From a bacterium (GTDB taxonomy: Bacteria; SAR324; NAC60-12): 64,000 nucleotides of DNA. The DNA lies in the NCBI GenBank assembly GCA_965205865.1, contig CBDBHR010000026.1, positions 96,001 through 160,000 of the forward strand, in the 5' to 3' direction. The translations under genes were made by a program, and so were the position numbers. Positions 10,964-23,110 of this stretch are shown here, in pieces (positions within the stretch are counted from its first letter, which is position 1; each line of letters opens with the position of its first letter). Under the pieces are notes generated by a model. That model saw only the letters and a program-made list of their open reading frames with translations, did no database searches and was not told where the DNA came from.

Positions 10964-11599
10964 ATGGTGATGCCACTTGAGGAATATCAAAATATCGAGA
11001 TCATTGTCGAGTTGGATAAAGGACAGGATGTCAACGCCGTGGCTGAACAATTAGGCGTCTCTTCCCACTACATCCGCAGAGTAGCTGCCATCGCCGGTTT
11101 GGGCGCATTTGCAAAAAAGAAGATGTTGCGCAAAAAACGGCTTTCGGATGAGGACCACGATTGCATCCTGAATCGTATCATGGATGGAGAAGCGATTGAA
11201 TCCCTTGCGCACGAATTCGATGTTTCAGCCTCTACCATCCTGCAATGGTGTAAAAAAGAAGGCGTGGTCGCACCCCGCTCTCTACGTCATCTCTCCAAAA
11301 AAGAGTGTAGCGAAATCAGAGAGTTGCTGGCTGCCAACGAATCACCCAATGAAATCGCCACGGCCTACAATTTGTCCTTGACTGCAGTTGAACAATTGCT
11401 GGAGAAGGATTACAAACAATTGGACCCGGAGGCCCTGGGGTTTTTATATGAAACCTTGCTGGAAAATCCTGGCGCCAGGCTTTCCGCCATCAAACGACTC
11501 GTTCAAAAGGCGGGATTCGAGCTCAATGAAAGCATGATCCTTTCCTATCAATACCGACTCGGGCAGTTGGAAAGGATCGATCGTGAAAATGCAGAGTGA
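10964..11599 (+). CDS. Multi-HTH hypothetical DNA-binding protein
   Basis: Three HTH-like segments (AVAEQLGVS, LAHEFDVS, IATAYNLS). Confidence 0.65.
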   Translation: MVMPLEEYQNIEIIVELDKGQDVNAVAEQLGVSSHYIRRVAAIAGLGAFAKKKMLRKKRLSDEDHDCILNRIMDGEAIESLAHEFDVSASTILQWCKKEGVVAPRSLRHLSKKECSEIRELLAANESPNEIATAYNLSLTAVEQLLEKDYKQLDPEALGFLYETLLENPGARLSAIKRLVQKAGFELNESMILSYQYRLGQLERIDRENAE

Positions 11600-11771
11600 A
11601 TCAACAATTCTTGTTCAAACAAAAAAAGTGATATAGTGGAATTTTGTATGGGAATCAGAAGCGCTGCTGCGCAATTTATGCATACCTTCCGGATCATCCC
11701 CAAAAGACATTCTTGTCAATTGGAAAGAATCATGTTTTTAGAGAGAACGGTTCAACCAGAGTGGATATGTT

Positions 11772-13125
11772 ATGGTAACAGAACACTTTCCCGACCCTCC
11801 ATCGACGCGTGAGATACATACCGAAGAGGCCCTGAATTTAAGGCTTCTTCAGCAAAGCTTCGATGCTTTCAAGCAGGCCACCCTCAAGCTACAAGCATAT
11901 TATCATGGACTCGAGGAAAAGGCGGACGAACTCAATCGTGAATTGGTCCGCAAAAACAAAGAATTACAAATGAATTTGTTGGAAAAAGAACGGACACAAA
12001 GTTTTCTCAGCAATATATTCGCAAGTTTCGCGGTTGGATGTATCGTCACTGATTCTGGGGGAGTCGTCAATTATGTCAATCAGATGGGATTACAGCTCCT
12101 TGGCAGTCCCCTGGAAAAGTTGCATGGGGTTGAATTGAACGAAGTGTTTCAGCATCCTATCCTGCCACAAACACTCACAAGGGAGGAGTTGAGAATTTAT
12201 GACAATGCCAAAGAGCAGGAGTTGGACTTTCAGCAACCCAATGGCTTAAAAAAGCGACTACTGCTTTCCATTTCTTCGATGCGCAGTGAAGCGGAGGAGA
12301 TTTCAGGAATCATTGTCAAGGCTGCAGGATATTTCAGACATGAAAAAACTGGAGGCAGAGGCTGAGCGAAAAAACCGCTTGACCGGGATGGGAGAAATGG
12401 GAGCCACCATTGCCCACAAAATTCGCAATCCTTTGGGCAGTATCGAGCTTTTTTCCGCCTTGCTGAAAAAAGATTTAGACCCGGAAGCCCCTCAACAACA
12501 GCTGATTGAGCACATTGCTTCGGCCACGCAAAGTATGAATCACGTTATCTCCAATATCCTGGAATACACCAAACCGCATCCGATTGCAGAAGAAAAAACG
12601 ATTGACATCCATCACTTGCTCAGAGAAACCTTGGAATTGTCGAGGCATGCGATTCCCGACCACCATGTTCGCATCCTCACCCAATTGGAAGCCACCGCCA
12701 GTCAGATCAAAGGTGACAGCGAGCTATTGAAACAAGTATTTTTCAATTTAATCTCCAATGCCCTTCAAGCAATTCTTGATAAAACAGAGTATAAACCCGG
12801 TGAAATCCGTATCAGAACCCGGAATAACCGGACCAATAACGAAAAAATCTTGAAGCGTTTCAATGGAGTTTGGGGAAGAGATCGGAACGTCCGTCGCGAA
12901 AATCTGCACTTGATTGAAATCTGTATTCAGGATAGTGGAATAGGAATGGCTCCCGAGGTCAGGCGAAAAATTTTCAGTCCTTTTTTTACAACCAAGGAAC
13001 ACGGAATAGGCTTGGGATTGGCCACGGCGTATAATATCGTCGAGTCCCACGGCGCAGTGCTCGACGTGGAAAGCGAAGTCGATAAAGGGACGCAAATGAC
13101 TTTACTCTTTCCCGTTGCGGAATGA
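11772..13125 (+). pseudogene. PAS sensor histidine kinase (FlgS/FleS-like) with a +1 frameshift at about 12320
   Basis: PAS region in 11772..12365; AHKIRNPL H-box and DSGIG/GIGLGL boxes in 12286..13125; removing one G from gtcaaggctg joins the frames. Confidence 0.8.
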
Positions 13126-13234
13126 AGGAAACCAAACCTCGTATCATTGCAAATCAAAGAAAATTGTCGAATTGTCGGACGCAGGGAACATCGGATGTTC
13201 GCTTTCAAAGTAAAGTTCTGAATAAGGAAATGGC

Positions 13235-14653
13235 ATGCAACCTATACTGATTGTTGATGACGAAGTGGAAATGCGAATCGCCATGTCGGAGACGCTGAAA
13301 CACTGTGGTTACTCCGTAGAGCTTTCTCACAATGCTCTGGATGCGATCAAGAAATTCAAAAACCATGGTTACTCCCTGATCATCACTGATATGACCATGC
13401 CCAAGCGCAGTGGCTTGGAATTATTGAAAGATATCAAAGCCATTGATCCCCTCAAACCTGTCATCATGGTGACCGCCTATGGCACGATTGAAACGGCGGT
13501 GGAAGCAATGAAACAGGGTGCATTCGACTATATCGTCAAACCCTTCAATTTTGATACCTTCACCTTCGTGGTGGAGCGAGCTCTCACTTTCAAACCGGAA
13601 CACGGTACTTTAGAGTCACTGAAATCACCGGATAGCGATGCAAAATGGGAAATCGTCACACAGAACGAAAATATGATGAAGTTACTGAAAGTGGCTAAAA
13701 ATGTGGCTCGCAGCAAAGCGACGGTCATGATTCAAAGTGAGAGTGGTACCGGAAAAGAGTTGTTGGCTCACTACATCCATCAACATTCCGAACGGGTGAG
13801 CCGGTCGTTCGTCCCGATCAATTGCGCGGCCCTTCCTGATACTTTATTGGAAAGTGAATTATTCGGCTACAAAAAAGGGGCGTTTACAGGCGCCCATCAA
13901 GATCACCGTGGTAAGTTTGAACAAGGCAATGGGGGTACGATCCTGCTCGATGAAATCAGTGAAATGGCCTTGCCTTTGCAGGCCAAACTGCTCCGCGTGC
14001 TTCAAGAGCATGAAGTGGACAAAGTGGGTGGCAAAGAACCCATTCCCATCGATGTGCGGGTAGTGGCAACGACCAACCGCAATATCTTGAAGCTGGTGGA
14101 GGAGGGAAAATTCCGGGAAGATCTTTACTTTCGCTTAAACGTCATTCCCTTGAGCCTACCGCCTTTACGGGATCGAAAAGACGACATTCCGTCCCTGGTT
14201 AATCATTTTCTGGCCAAGCATGCCAAATTGAACAATCGTTCCCAACCGCAAATAACCGATGAAACCTTGAATGTCTTGATGAATTACAATTGGCGGGGCA
14301 ATGTCCGCGAGTTGGAAAATGTGATCGAGCGGGCGCTGCTGCTTGCCGACGGGGAAAGTGTACAACCCACCAATCTTATGATGCATTCAAGCGAGGATTC
14401 GCAGTTCTTTAACGAAGAACCGTTCACTGCTGCTGCTTTACAAAGTGAATCTGTTTCGGAAACAATGAAAATTGAAGTGGGTATGTCTATGAGAGAAGCG
14501 GAAAAGAAATTGATTTTTGAAACACTTAAAACGACCAGTGGCAATCGGACGCACGCCGCCAAGATTTTGGGTATCAGCATCCGCACGCTGAGGAACAAAT
14601 TGAATGAATACCGCGTGGAAGGGGAAACCTCCCAATTCCAAACAGAAAACTGA
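13235..14653 (+). CDS. Sigma54-dependent response regulator (FlgR/FleR-like)
   Basis: Receiver domain, ESGTGKE, GAFTGA, C-terminal Fis HTH LGISIRTLRNKL. Confidence 0.92.
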   Translation: MQPILIVDDEVEMRIAMSETLKHCGYSVELSHNALDAIKKFKNHGYSLIITDMTMPKRSGLELLKDIKAIDPLKPVIMVTAYGTIETAVEAMKQGAFDYIVKPFNFDTFTFVVERALTFKPEHGTLESLKSPDSDAKWEIVTQNENMMKLLKVAKNVARSKATVMIQSESGTGKELLAHYIHQHSERVSRSFVPINCAALPDTLLESELFGYKKGAFTGAHQDHRGKFEQGNGGTILLDEISEMALPLQAKLLRVLQEHEVDKVGGKEPIPIDVRVVATTNRNILKLVEEGKFREDLYFRLNVIPLSLPPLRDRKDDIPSLVNHFLAKHAKLNNRSQPQITDETLNVLMNYNWRGNVRELENVIERALLLADGESVQPTNLMMHSSEDSQFFNEEPFTAAALQSESVSETMKIEVGMSMREAEKKLIFETLKTTSGNRTHAAKILGISIRTLRNKLNEYRVEGETSQFQTEN

Positions 14654-14787
14654 ACCCATCCAAATTTTACCAGAGACCTCAAGAAATAAAATAGTCAGGC
14701 CAGGCCGGAATAACACCTGTATTCTGGGAACCCCGCCCACTCTACCGGCAAGACGACAATGAAGAATGTCCATAAATATATTCATCT

Positions 14788-15345
14788 TCAGGGAAAGGAA
14801 ATATTTTTCATATTACGCAGAAAATAACTCTTGGTTGTGGAAAAATCTTTGTGCCCCAAGAGTTTTTGAACTTGACGCCATTCTTCTCGCGACGAGGGAT
14901 TGATTCGCTTGTAGACATTGACCGCGTAAGTCCAGCGAATGCGTTCGGCATTGACTTGAATATTCATACTCCGGCTCAGTTCACGGAAGAACCATGTGAC
15001 TGTTCCTCCCAGCATCCGCTTGCTTGTTTTCTGGAATACCCAACGTGAAGGTGAACGCAAATCCAGAAGAAGGCCAAAAAGGGTTTCATTGATCGGAATT
15101 CTGCGGGCATGACGATCACGACGGTGGGGAGACTTGGGGTTGGGCACCTTGATTTCCCGATTTTTCCACATATCCACGTCATGCCAGGTCAAAGCCAAAA
15201 TTTCATATCGTCGCATACCCGTTTGCAGGGCGAAAATGAAGTAATGAAAATACCACTTGTCTTTCTTCAATATCGCATCACTTATTTTTTCTATATCCTT
15301 TTCACTGAGAGGTTCCACCAGAGGTCTTGGCAATTCTTTGTTCAT
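14788..15345 (-). CDS. Small tyrosine recombinase (catalytic domain only)
   Basis: TGMRRYE, LLGH..TTKSY; HxxR box reads ERIR. Confidence 0.8.
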   Translation of the reverse strand: MNKELPRPLVEPLSEKDIEKISDAILKKDKWYFHYFIFALQTGMRRYEILALTWHDVDMWKNREIKVPNPKSPHRRDRHARRIPINETLFGLLLDLRSPSRWVFQKTSKRMLGGTVTWFFRELSRSMNIQVNAERIRWTYAVNVYKRINPSSREEWRQVQKLLGHKDFSTTKSYFLRNMKNISFP

Positions 15346-15676
15346 GTCATCCCTTTAAAATTGATGTTACGGGCACACTACTTGCTCAAAATGAATTTTT
15401 CAAGCAAGAGTCGTATCAAAAGAATACTCTCTGGCAAAATCCATCCACCTAAAATGAGTTGAAAAATTGAAATCGTAAGCTAAGCTCCAATGAAAAAAAT
15501 TCAGCCCTGAATGAGAGAAAACAATATCCTTCCTTCTTCCTCGTAGTCAAGAAAAAAGGGGAAATTCGAGATGGGTTCGGATGTGAAATTGATCTTTTAC
15601 TCTCAGGACGAATCAGTCGAAGTTCGTCATTGGAAAATCTTGTTGGTTTTTCCGGTAGGGGCTATTAAAATGAACA

Positions 15677-16948
15677 ATGCTGACAAAAGATTTGTTGCGT
15701 CATACCATCCAAGAAGACCGAATCCTCCCCTCGCTGATCGATCCGGCTGATCCTGCCATGCTCGGTTGCGCCCAACAACTGCTGGAAGTGTTTGAAGCCG
15801 GTAAAGGCAAAACGCGGCAGGCATTGCTGGAAGAAAGCAAAGAGCTCATTGATCGTTCTCCCGGAGACGCTGTCGTCACTCGAGGATTGGAAAAACTACT
15901 GCTTGATCATACCCAATTCGATACCACCATCGATACCGCTTTGATGGTTTTACGGGAGAATCTTTTCCGTCACGCGAGCCGTCTTTTATCCAAGCAAAAA
16001 TTCGTGGATTTACCGGCATACCATGAATCAATTCAAGACACGTTTCAACAATTCCCCGATCAGCGAAACGCCACCCACTTGAGCCATCAATTGTATGCGG
16101 ACTTGCCCCCTTACCAGCAGGTTCTCCATTTCAAATCCTTTTCTCCGGAAAATTTGCTGCATCGCTACAATTGTGCTCAGATTCAGGGATTGTTGCTGCG
16201 CTGTAATCGCTTACTCCTGCGTATCGCAGACAAGGATCCCGTACTTCTACGGCAATTGTGCAAGTACTTGCGCTTTTATCAACTCTTGGCCGATATCACC
16301 CAGGAACCAGAAGGGGACTACCGCATCATCATCGATGGTCCACTCGACCTCTTCCTGCAAACCCAAAAATACGGATTCAATCTAGCCAACTTTTTCCCGG
16401 CAATCCTCCATCAACCCCAATGGCAACTCCAAGCCCGCATCCGGCTTGGCAAGCGGAAACAATATCTGCTGCAGCTCGATGAATCCTGCAAAATTCGCTC
16501 ACATTACCGGCAATTTTTTGCTTACGTTCCTCAGGAAATCGACATGTTCCAAAAATCGTTCCGGCAAAAATCGAAAACCTGGAACGTGGAACCTGCTAAA
16601 CAATTCCTGCCTCTGGCAGGCGAATACTACTGCTTTCCCGATTTCCTGCTGAAACACCCATGCGGAACAGAGGTCTCCATGGAATTGTTTCATACCTGGC
16701 ACGCCTCCCATCTGACGGCCCGGCTTCAGCGGTTGGAAAAAGTGCGGCCTGACGAAGCCGGGGTTTTTCCGTTGATTATCGGGGTGGCCAAGAGTTTGCT
16801 CAAAGACCCCATGGTGGCGCAAGCCGTGGACCGGTCCGGACACTTCACACGGGCAGGTTTCGTTTTTCGGGAAATGCCTCCAGCCGACAAAGTGCTTTTG
16901 CTTTTAGAACAATTTGTTGACAATATGCCGCTTTTCTCTCAAAAATAA
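15677..16948 (+). CDS. DUF790 / Bax1-like endonuclease
   Basis: MLTKDLL start, LYADL, HRYNCAQIQGLL, IDGP..QTQKYG, FPDF. Confidence 0.85.
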   Translation: MLTKDLLRHTIQEDRILPSLIDPADPAMLGCAQQLLEVFEAGKGKTRQALLEESKELIDRSPGDAVVTRGLEKLLLDHTQFDTTIDTALMVLRENLFRHASRLLSKQKFVDLPAYHESIQDTFQQFPDQRNATHLSHQLYADLPPYQQVLHFKSFSPENLLHRYNCAQIQGLLLRCNRLLLRIADKDPVLLRQLCKYLRFYQLLADITQEPEGDYRIIIDGPLDLFLQTQKYGFNLANFFPAILHQPQWQLQARIRLGKRKQYLLQLDESCKIRSHYRQFFAYVPQEIDMFQKSFRQKSKTWNVEPAKQFLPLAGEYYCFPDFLLKHPCGTEVSMELFHTWHASHLTARLQRLEKVRPDEAGVFPLIIGVAKSLLKDPMVAQAVDRSGHFTRAGFVFREMPPADKVLLLLEQFVDNMPLFSQK

Positions 16949-16989
16949 GAGATCACTGAATTTCATATCCCCCCAAAATGAGAAAAATC

Positions 16990-19710
16990 ATGGCAGACAA
17001 TAAATTTGGAACCCGTCGCGCATTTGAAACAGGTAGTGGTTCCGCCGACTTATTCCATCTGAACCAACTGGAAAAAGATGGAGTCGGTCCCATCGGCAAG
17101 CTTCCCTTTTCAATAAAAATTCTTCTTGAGCAGGCTTTGAGGAATCTGGACAATTTCCAAGTCAACGAAAAAGACATCCTGGCACTGGCAAATTGGGCAG
17201 TGAGCCAAGGCGATGGTTCCCGGCAGGAACGGGAAATCCCTTTCAAACCAACCCGGGTGATTCTGCAGGACTTCACCGGAGTACCCACCGTAGTGGATTT
17301 GGCGGCCCTGCGTTCTGCCATGGTCGAGATGGGGGGAGACCCTGCCCTCATCAACCCTCGAGTTCCCGTGGACCTGGTGATCGACCATTCCGTGCAAGTA
17401 GATCAATACGGCACAGCGCAATCCCTGGAAAAAAACATGGATATCGAATTCAAGCGCAATAAAGAGCGTTACGAATTCCTCAAATGGGGCCAACAGGCAT
17501 TCAAGAATTTTCGCGTCATTCCACCAGGGATAGGTATCATCCATCAAGTCAATTTGGAATTCCTGGCAAGCGTGGTCCATTTGCGCGATGGCATTTGTTT
17601 CCCGGATACCGTAGTGGGAACCGACTCCCACACTACTATGATCAATGGTGCCGGAGTGATGGGATGGGGAGTGGGTGGTATCGAAGCGGAATCGGCCATG
17701 TTGGGACAACCCATCTACATGCGCATCCCCCAAGTACTTGGTTTCAAACTCTATGGTTCTCTCAATCCCGGTACCACGGCTACGGATCTCGTTTTGAAGG
17801 TAGTGCAAATGCTTCGTGAAAAAGGAGTTGTTGAAAAATTCGTGGAGTTTTATGGTGCCGGACTTTCCAACTTGAGTTTGGCGGATCGAGCGACCTTGGC
17901 TAATATGGCCCCGGAATATGGAGCCACCATGGGCTTTTTCCCCGTGGATAGTGAAACACTGAAATATTTAAAGGGTACCGGTCGTTCCGAGGAAATTGCG
18001 CAACGGGCGGAACGCTATTGCAAGGAACAAGGGTTGTATCGCACGGATGCGACTCCCGATCCAACCTATAGCGACCTGCTCGAACTGGACCTCGCCACTG
18101 TAGAACCTGCCTTGGCAGGTCCAAAACGTCCACAAGACCGTATCAATCTTTCCGAGATGAAATCCAGCTGGCGCCAGTCCATGCAGGCGCCCTTCAAAGA
18201 ACGGGGTTTTGCCCTGAATGACCAAGCCATCCTGACAGAAAGTCCCATCTCCTGGGAACGAGGTGGCACTTTGAAACAGGGTTCTATTGTAATTGCCGCT
18301 ATCACCTCCTGCACCAATACGAGCAATCCATCCGTACTCATCGCTGCCGGAATACTGGCCAAAAAAGCGGTCATTCGGGGGTTGACCACCAAATCCTGGG
18401 TTAAAACTTCGTTGGCACCCGGATCTCGAGTGGTGACGGACTATCTGAACAAATCAGGACTTTCCGCATATCTGGAGCAGCTGGGCTTTTACACGGTCGG
18501 TTACGGGTGCACTACCTGCATCGGCAATTCCGGCCCTCTGGCGGAAGCGATTGTTGCGTCCATCAATGACAAAGAACTGGTGGTCGCTTCCGTCCTTTCG
18601 GGAAATCGCAACTTTGAGGGACGAATCAGCCCACACGTCAAGGCGAATTTTCTGGCCAGCCCCCCCTTGGTGGTCGCTTATGCCATTGCCGGAACAGTGG
18701 ACATTGACCTGCGAAAGGAACCCATTGGCGTGGATTCCAATGGCCAGGAAGTCAAATTGGAGGAAATTTGGCCCAGCCCGGAAGAAATCGCAGAGGTCAT
18801 GAAGCTGATCACTCCACAAATGTACCGGCAGCGTTATGAGCAAGTGCAAAACAGTTCTGAAATGTGGAATCGCATCGAAAGCAAATCCGGAGCAGTTTAT
18901 TCATGGGACAACGCTTCCACTTATATCCGGAATCCACCATTCTTCATGAATATGTCGCTGGAGGCCACTCCTATACGGAATATTTCCGGGGCGAATACCT
19001 TGATCAAATTGGGAGATTCCGTGACCACGGACCATATTTCTCCTGCCGGTGCTTTTACTTCCGAACACCCTGCCGGGCGATATCTGATTGAAAAAGGAGT
19101 TGCACCTGAAGATTTCAATTCTTATGGTTCGCGACGCGGGAATGACCAGGTGATGACTCGCGGCACCTTTGCCAATGTGCGCATCCGCAATCAGATGCTG
19201 CGCGACATGGAAGGAGGTTATACGATCCATTTGCCCAGCGGAGAGCAAATGTCGGTGTACGATGCCGCCATCAAATACCAACAGCAGAATATTCCTTTGA
19301 TTGTCATTGCAGGCGCGGAATATGGTGCCGGCTCCTCACGAGATTGGGCTGCCAAAGGTACATTCCTACTGGGAATCAAAGTCGTGTTGGTTTCCAGCTA
19401 CGAGCGCATTCATCGCTCCAACCTGATTGGCATGGGAGTCCTACCCTTGCAATTCAAAGAGGGTAAAGATGCGGAAGATTATGGACTCACCGGCAAAGAG
19501 AATTTTTCCGTCGTCGGCTTCAGTGATAATATTCAACCGATGCAGGAATTGATTGTTAAAGCCGATGATCAGGAAATTCCAGTGATTTGCCGTTTGGACA
19601 CCGCCGTTGAGATCGAATACTATAAAAACGGAGGAATCCTCCACACTGTTTTGCGTCATTTTCTCCGCAATCACCAACGGTACGACAAAGGGGAAGTACC
19701 CGCACATTGA
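16990..19710 (+). CDS. acnA: Aconitate hydratase A
   Basis: [42 protein letters not shown]. Confidence 0.97.
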   Translation: MADNKFGTRRAFETGSGSADLFHLNQLEKDGVGPIGKLPFSIKILLEQALRNLDNFQVNEKDILALANWAVSQGDGSRQEREIPFKPTRVILQDFTGVPTVVDLAALRSAMVEMGGDPALINPRVPVDLVIDHSVQVDQYGTAQSLEKNMDIEFKRNKERYEFLKWGQQAFKNFRVIPPGIGIIHQVNLEFLASVVHLRDGICFPDTVVGTDSHTTMINGAGVMGWGVGGIEAESAMLGQPIYMRIPQVLGFKLYGSLNPGTTATDLVLKVVQMLREKGVVEKFVEFYGAGLSNLSLADRATLANMAPEYGATMGFFPVDSETLKYLKGTGRSEEIAQRAERYCKEQGLYRTDATPDPTYSDLLELDLATVEPALAGPKRPQDRINLSEMKSSWRQSMQAPFKERGFALNDQAILTESPISWERGGTLKQGSIVIAAITSCTNTSNPSVLIAAGILAKKAVIRGLTTKSWVKTSLAPGSRVVTDYLNKSGLSAYLEQLGFYTVGYGCTTCIGNSGPLAEAIVASINDKELVVASVLSGNRNFEGRISPHVKANFLASPPLVVAYAIAGTVDIDLRKEPIGVDSNGQEVKLEEIWPSPEEIAEVMKLITPQMYRQRYEQVQNSSEMWNRIESKSGAVYSWDNASTYIRNPPFFMNMSLEATPIRNISGANTLIKLGDSVTTDHISPAGAFTSEHPAGRYLIEKGVAPEDFNSYGSRRGNDQVMTRGTFANVRIRNQMLRDMEGGYTIHLPSGEQMSVYDAAIKYQQQNIPLIVIAGAEYGAGSSRDWAAKGTFLLGIKVVLVSSYERIHRSNLIGMGVLPLQFKEGKDAEDYGLTGKENFSVVGFSDNIQPMQELIVKADDQEIPVICRLDTAVEIEYYKNGGILHTVLRHFLRNHQRYDKGEVPAH

Positions 19711-19713
19711 GAT

Positions 19714-20442
19714 ATGGCATCCATGCGCTCTTCCGAATTCCGGTTAAAAGACTGGCTTCTGGTCAAATCCTTGGTCTGGATGATTCGCGGGACTGGTTGG
19801 ACCTCAAAAACCGTCCACTTGAATGAAAAATTCGTCGATTCACTCAAGGGAAATTATATACTCGCCACTTGGCACCAGAATATTTATTTCAGCTGCTGGC
19901 TTTTAAAAAATCGGAAATACGGTTCCATGATCAGCAAGAGTCGAGATGGTGAAATGATCACAAGGGTGGTGGAGCATTTTTCCTTTGTTCCGATTCGAGG
20001 CTCCTCTTCCAATGGGGGTCCCTGGGCTCTTCGTGAGATGGTTTCTTATCTCAAAGGTCCTTTGCCCGCCGCCATCACTCCCGATGGCCCTCTTGGTCCC
20101 CGTGGCAAAGTGCAACCCGGAGTCATTATGATTGCCAAAAAGAGTGGTATGCCAATCATTCCCTGGTGTTATGATGCCATCGATCAGTGGACTGTCTACA
20201 ATAGCTGGGATCGTCACAAAATCCCGAAACCCTTCACCATCGCCGTCAGTGCCTTTGGCCCTCCGTTTTATGTTCCCGCTACGCTCAGGGGAGAAGAAAT
20301 CAAGGATTATTGCGATAAATTGGGGCAAGCCATGAGCGATCTCCAAAAGCAAGTCACTGCCGAAAAAAAAAGGCTGAAACAAGCAAGAGCACACCGCTTT
20401 CTCGACAAGCTTCGCTTGTGGTGGCCTTTAAAAAATCAATAA
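19714..20442 (+). CDS. Lysophospholipid acyltransferase family (DUF374)
   Basis: ATWH, ISKSRDGE, IRGSS, ITPDGPLGP, SWD..IPKPF. Confidence 0.88.
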   Translation: MASMRSSEFRLKDWLLVKSLVWMIRGTGWTSKTVHLNEKFVDSLKGNYILATWHQNIYFSCWLLKNRKYGSMISKSRDGEMITRVVEHFSFVPIRGSSSNGGPWALREMVSYLKGPLPAAITPDGPLGPRGKVQPGVIMIAKKSGMPIIPWCYDAIDQWTVYNSWDRHKIPKPFTIAVSAFGPPFYVPATLRGEEIKDYCDKLGQAMSDLQKQVTAEKKRLKQARAHRFLDKLRLWWPLKNQ

Positions 20443-20451
20443 AAAAGTCAG

Positions 20452-22527
20452 TTACTCGTCCATTGGGAGTTGGCTCTCTGCAATCACTTTCTGTTCATAG
20501 TCGCGTGGCATTTCTTCATAGTGACTGAACTCTTCGGAATGAATCCCTCTCCCTCCTGTCAAGGAGCGTAGGGTGGTCGCATAGTAATGCAATTCGGCTT
20601 GTGGCACCTGGGCTTTGACCACCTGCGTTCGTCCTTTGGAGTCCATCCCCAGTATTTTTCCACGACGACTGGAGATATCGCCCATCACGTCGCCCATGGA
20701 ATCTTCCGGTATTGTGACTTCGATATTGTAAATAGGCTCCAGCAAACAGGGTTTGGCTTCCTTGAAGGCTTCCTTCAAAGCTTGTTTTCCCGCTATTTGA
20801 AACGCGACGTCCTTGGAATCGACCGGGTGTTGTTTCCCATCGTAAAAATCCACTTTCAGATCCACCGCTCGATAACCAGCGATAATGCCTTCTTCGCAGG
20901 CAGCCATCACCCCCTTTTCGACGGAGGGCACGAAAATTCGGTCAACGTTCTGTCCCACCAACGATTGCATAAACTCCACTCCTTCACCCCTTTCTTTGGG
21001 TTCAATGCGCATCCAGACTTCGGCAAACTGCCCTGCTCCTCCGGTTTGCTTCTTGTGACGATACTTGGATCCCCCGTTGGTGCGAATGGTTTCCCGGAAA
21101 GGGATTTTGGGCTTATGCAGCTCAATTTCCACTTTGAAGCGACTCTTCAAACGATCGGTAATCACTTGTAAATGCAGCTCTCCCTGACCTGAAATAATGG
21201 TCTGGCGCAATTCGGAGTCGACGTGATAAATGAAAGTGGGATCTTCTTCATGCAGGGTTCCCAGACCCATGGCGATCTTCTCTTCTTCTCCCTTGGATTT
21301 GGGCTTCAAAGAAGCGTGAATATTGGGTTTGGGGTATTCCACCGGAAGCAGGGTTACGACGTTTTTAGCCCCGCAAAGTGTTTCATTGGTGTGGGTGTCC
21401 TTCAATTTTACTACCGCCCCTATATCCCCGCTGTTCAGGTTTTTCGCACTTTCTCGTTCCTTGCCATTGAGTAGATACACTTGCCCGATACGTTCGTTGA
21501 TCTTCCTGGCACTGTTGTAAACATCCATGCCGGAAGTGATAGTTCCTGAATAGATACGGAAAAAAGACATCTCTCCCAAATGAGCTTCACTGAGCGTCTT
21601 GAATACGTACATAACGGGATCAGTATCCGTCAAAGCAACATCCAATTCGTTCCCATCCGCATCCACCGCTTTCACGTGAGCACGGTCCTGTGGAGAAGGC
21701 GCATACTCCGCAATGAAATCCATCAATCCTCTCACCCCGATATTGCTCTCTGCAGAAGCGCAGAAAAGGGGAACAAAGGATTGATTTCGCACGGCAGTAT
21801 GAATGCCTGCTCGCATTTCTTCCTCTGTCAAACCTTTCTCGAAAAATTTCTCCAAAAGTGTGTCATCGGACTCCGCCACATATTCGATCAGGTCCTGATG
21901 CATCTGTTCCACTCGCTCTCGCCACTCTCCCGCCGCAGGTCTCTTTTCCCGTAGACCGCTACCATCCGTTTGATAGTCGCAAACATTGCCGGCTATTACG
22001 TCCAATATCTGATTGAAGCCAAGTCCTGCATTGATGGGGGTATTCATAGGAAACAGGTTGTTTCCGAATCGTTCCTTGACTTGGTCCAACACATTGTCGA
22101 AATTGGCATATTCCCTATCGAGACCATTGATCACCAGAATTTTGGGAATCTCGAAATTTGTGGCATAATTCCAAACCTGATCCGTGCCCACTTCCACTCC
22201 CTGAACCGCATCGACGACAACCAGGGCAAAGTCGCCCACCCGGAGTGCTCCCAGACTCTCGCTAATAAAATCGGAATATCCCGGAGTGTCGATGATGTTG
22301 AACTTTTTCCCTGCCCAGACGGTGTGCAGCAAAGACGCATGGATAGAGATTTGACGCGCTTGTTCATCTTCATGGTAGTCTGAAACGGTGTTCCCATTCG
22401 CAATACTGCCCAAGCGGTTGATCACGTCGCTGCAAACCAGCATCGCCTCACTCAGCATCGTCTTCCCCGAACCTCCATGGCCCACAATAGCAAAATTTCT
22501 AATATCAGCGGATTGATATTCTTTCAT
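20452..22527 (-). CDS. fusA: Elongation factor G paralog (EF-G2-like)
   Basis: GHGGSGKT, DTPGYSDF, KKQTGGAGQFAEV; lacks the canonical GHIDAGKT/RGITI motifs. Confidence 0.9.
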   Translation of the reverse strand: MKEYQSADIRNFAIVGHGGSGKTMLSEAMLVCSDVINRLGSIANGNTVSDYHEDEQARQISIHASLLHTVWAGKKFNIIDTPGYSDFISESLGALRVGDFALVVVDAVQGVEVGTDQVWNYATNFEIPKILVINGLDREYANFDNVLDQVKERFGNNLFPMNTPINAGLGFNQILDVIAGNVCDYQTDGSGLREKRPAAGEWRERVEQMHQDLIEYVAESDDTLLEKFFEKGLTEEEMRAGIHTAVRNQSFVPLFCASAESNIGVRGLMDFIAEYAPSPQDRAHVKAVDADGNELDVALTDTDPVMYVFKTLSEAHLGEMSFFRIYSGTITSGMDVYNSARKINERIGQVYLLNGKERESAKNLNSGDIGAVVKLKDTHTNETLCGAKNVVTLLPVEYPKPNIHASLKPKSKGEEEKIAMGLGTLHEEDPTFIYHVDSELRQTIISGQGELHLQVITDRLKSRFKVEIELHKPKIPFRETIRTNGGSKYRHKKQTGGAGQFAEVWMRIEPKERGEGVEFMQSLVGQNVDRIFVPSVEKGVMAACEEGIIAGYRAVDLKVDFYDGKQHPVDSKDVAFQIAGKQALKEAFKEAKPCLLEPIYNIEVTIPEDSMGDVMGDISSRRGKILGMDSKGRTQVVKAQVPQAELHYYATTLRSLTGGRGIHSEEFSHYEEMPRDYEQKVIAESQLPMDE

Positions 22528-23110
22528 GGATTTAACCTCTTGCTCTTAGTATTTCCAATTGACAATAAAATCAGGAGAGCCAATAGGTTGCAATCGCTCT
22601 TCTTGACACCCGAATTCCCCAGTCCAATCAAGAAGGCGCATTCCCTTACGATGTGCTGGATCGACAGCCTGATTTTGCTCTCCAAAATAGCTTTCTACCA
22701 ATGACAATTTCCATGCGACATTAGAAACAAACAAGGAATATGGACTGGTTCCCTATCACCGTATTTTAAACGATGACCCACTCACATTTCATCTGAAAAT
22801 TGGTATCGCTTATGAAATAGCCGAACATTATTACGTTGTCCTTCAATTATCAATTTATTTATTTGATATCGCCACCTGTCCGCATTCGGTCTTGCGGAAA
22901 AGCGTAAAAAATAAAATATGCGGTTGTCGACCCTTTGTTTTTAAAATATTCATTGTTTCTCAAATTTCTTTCGTTCCGGACTTTATTCTTTGCTGAAACC
23001 GGGATAAATTCTCTATCAATAAACATCCGGGCACACATCCATACAATTCCTTTCAACCCCGATAACCAGACGGTCCCCGGAGAAGGGAGCGAGCAACTTG
23101 AGGAATCAGC

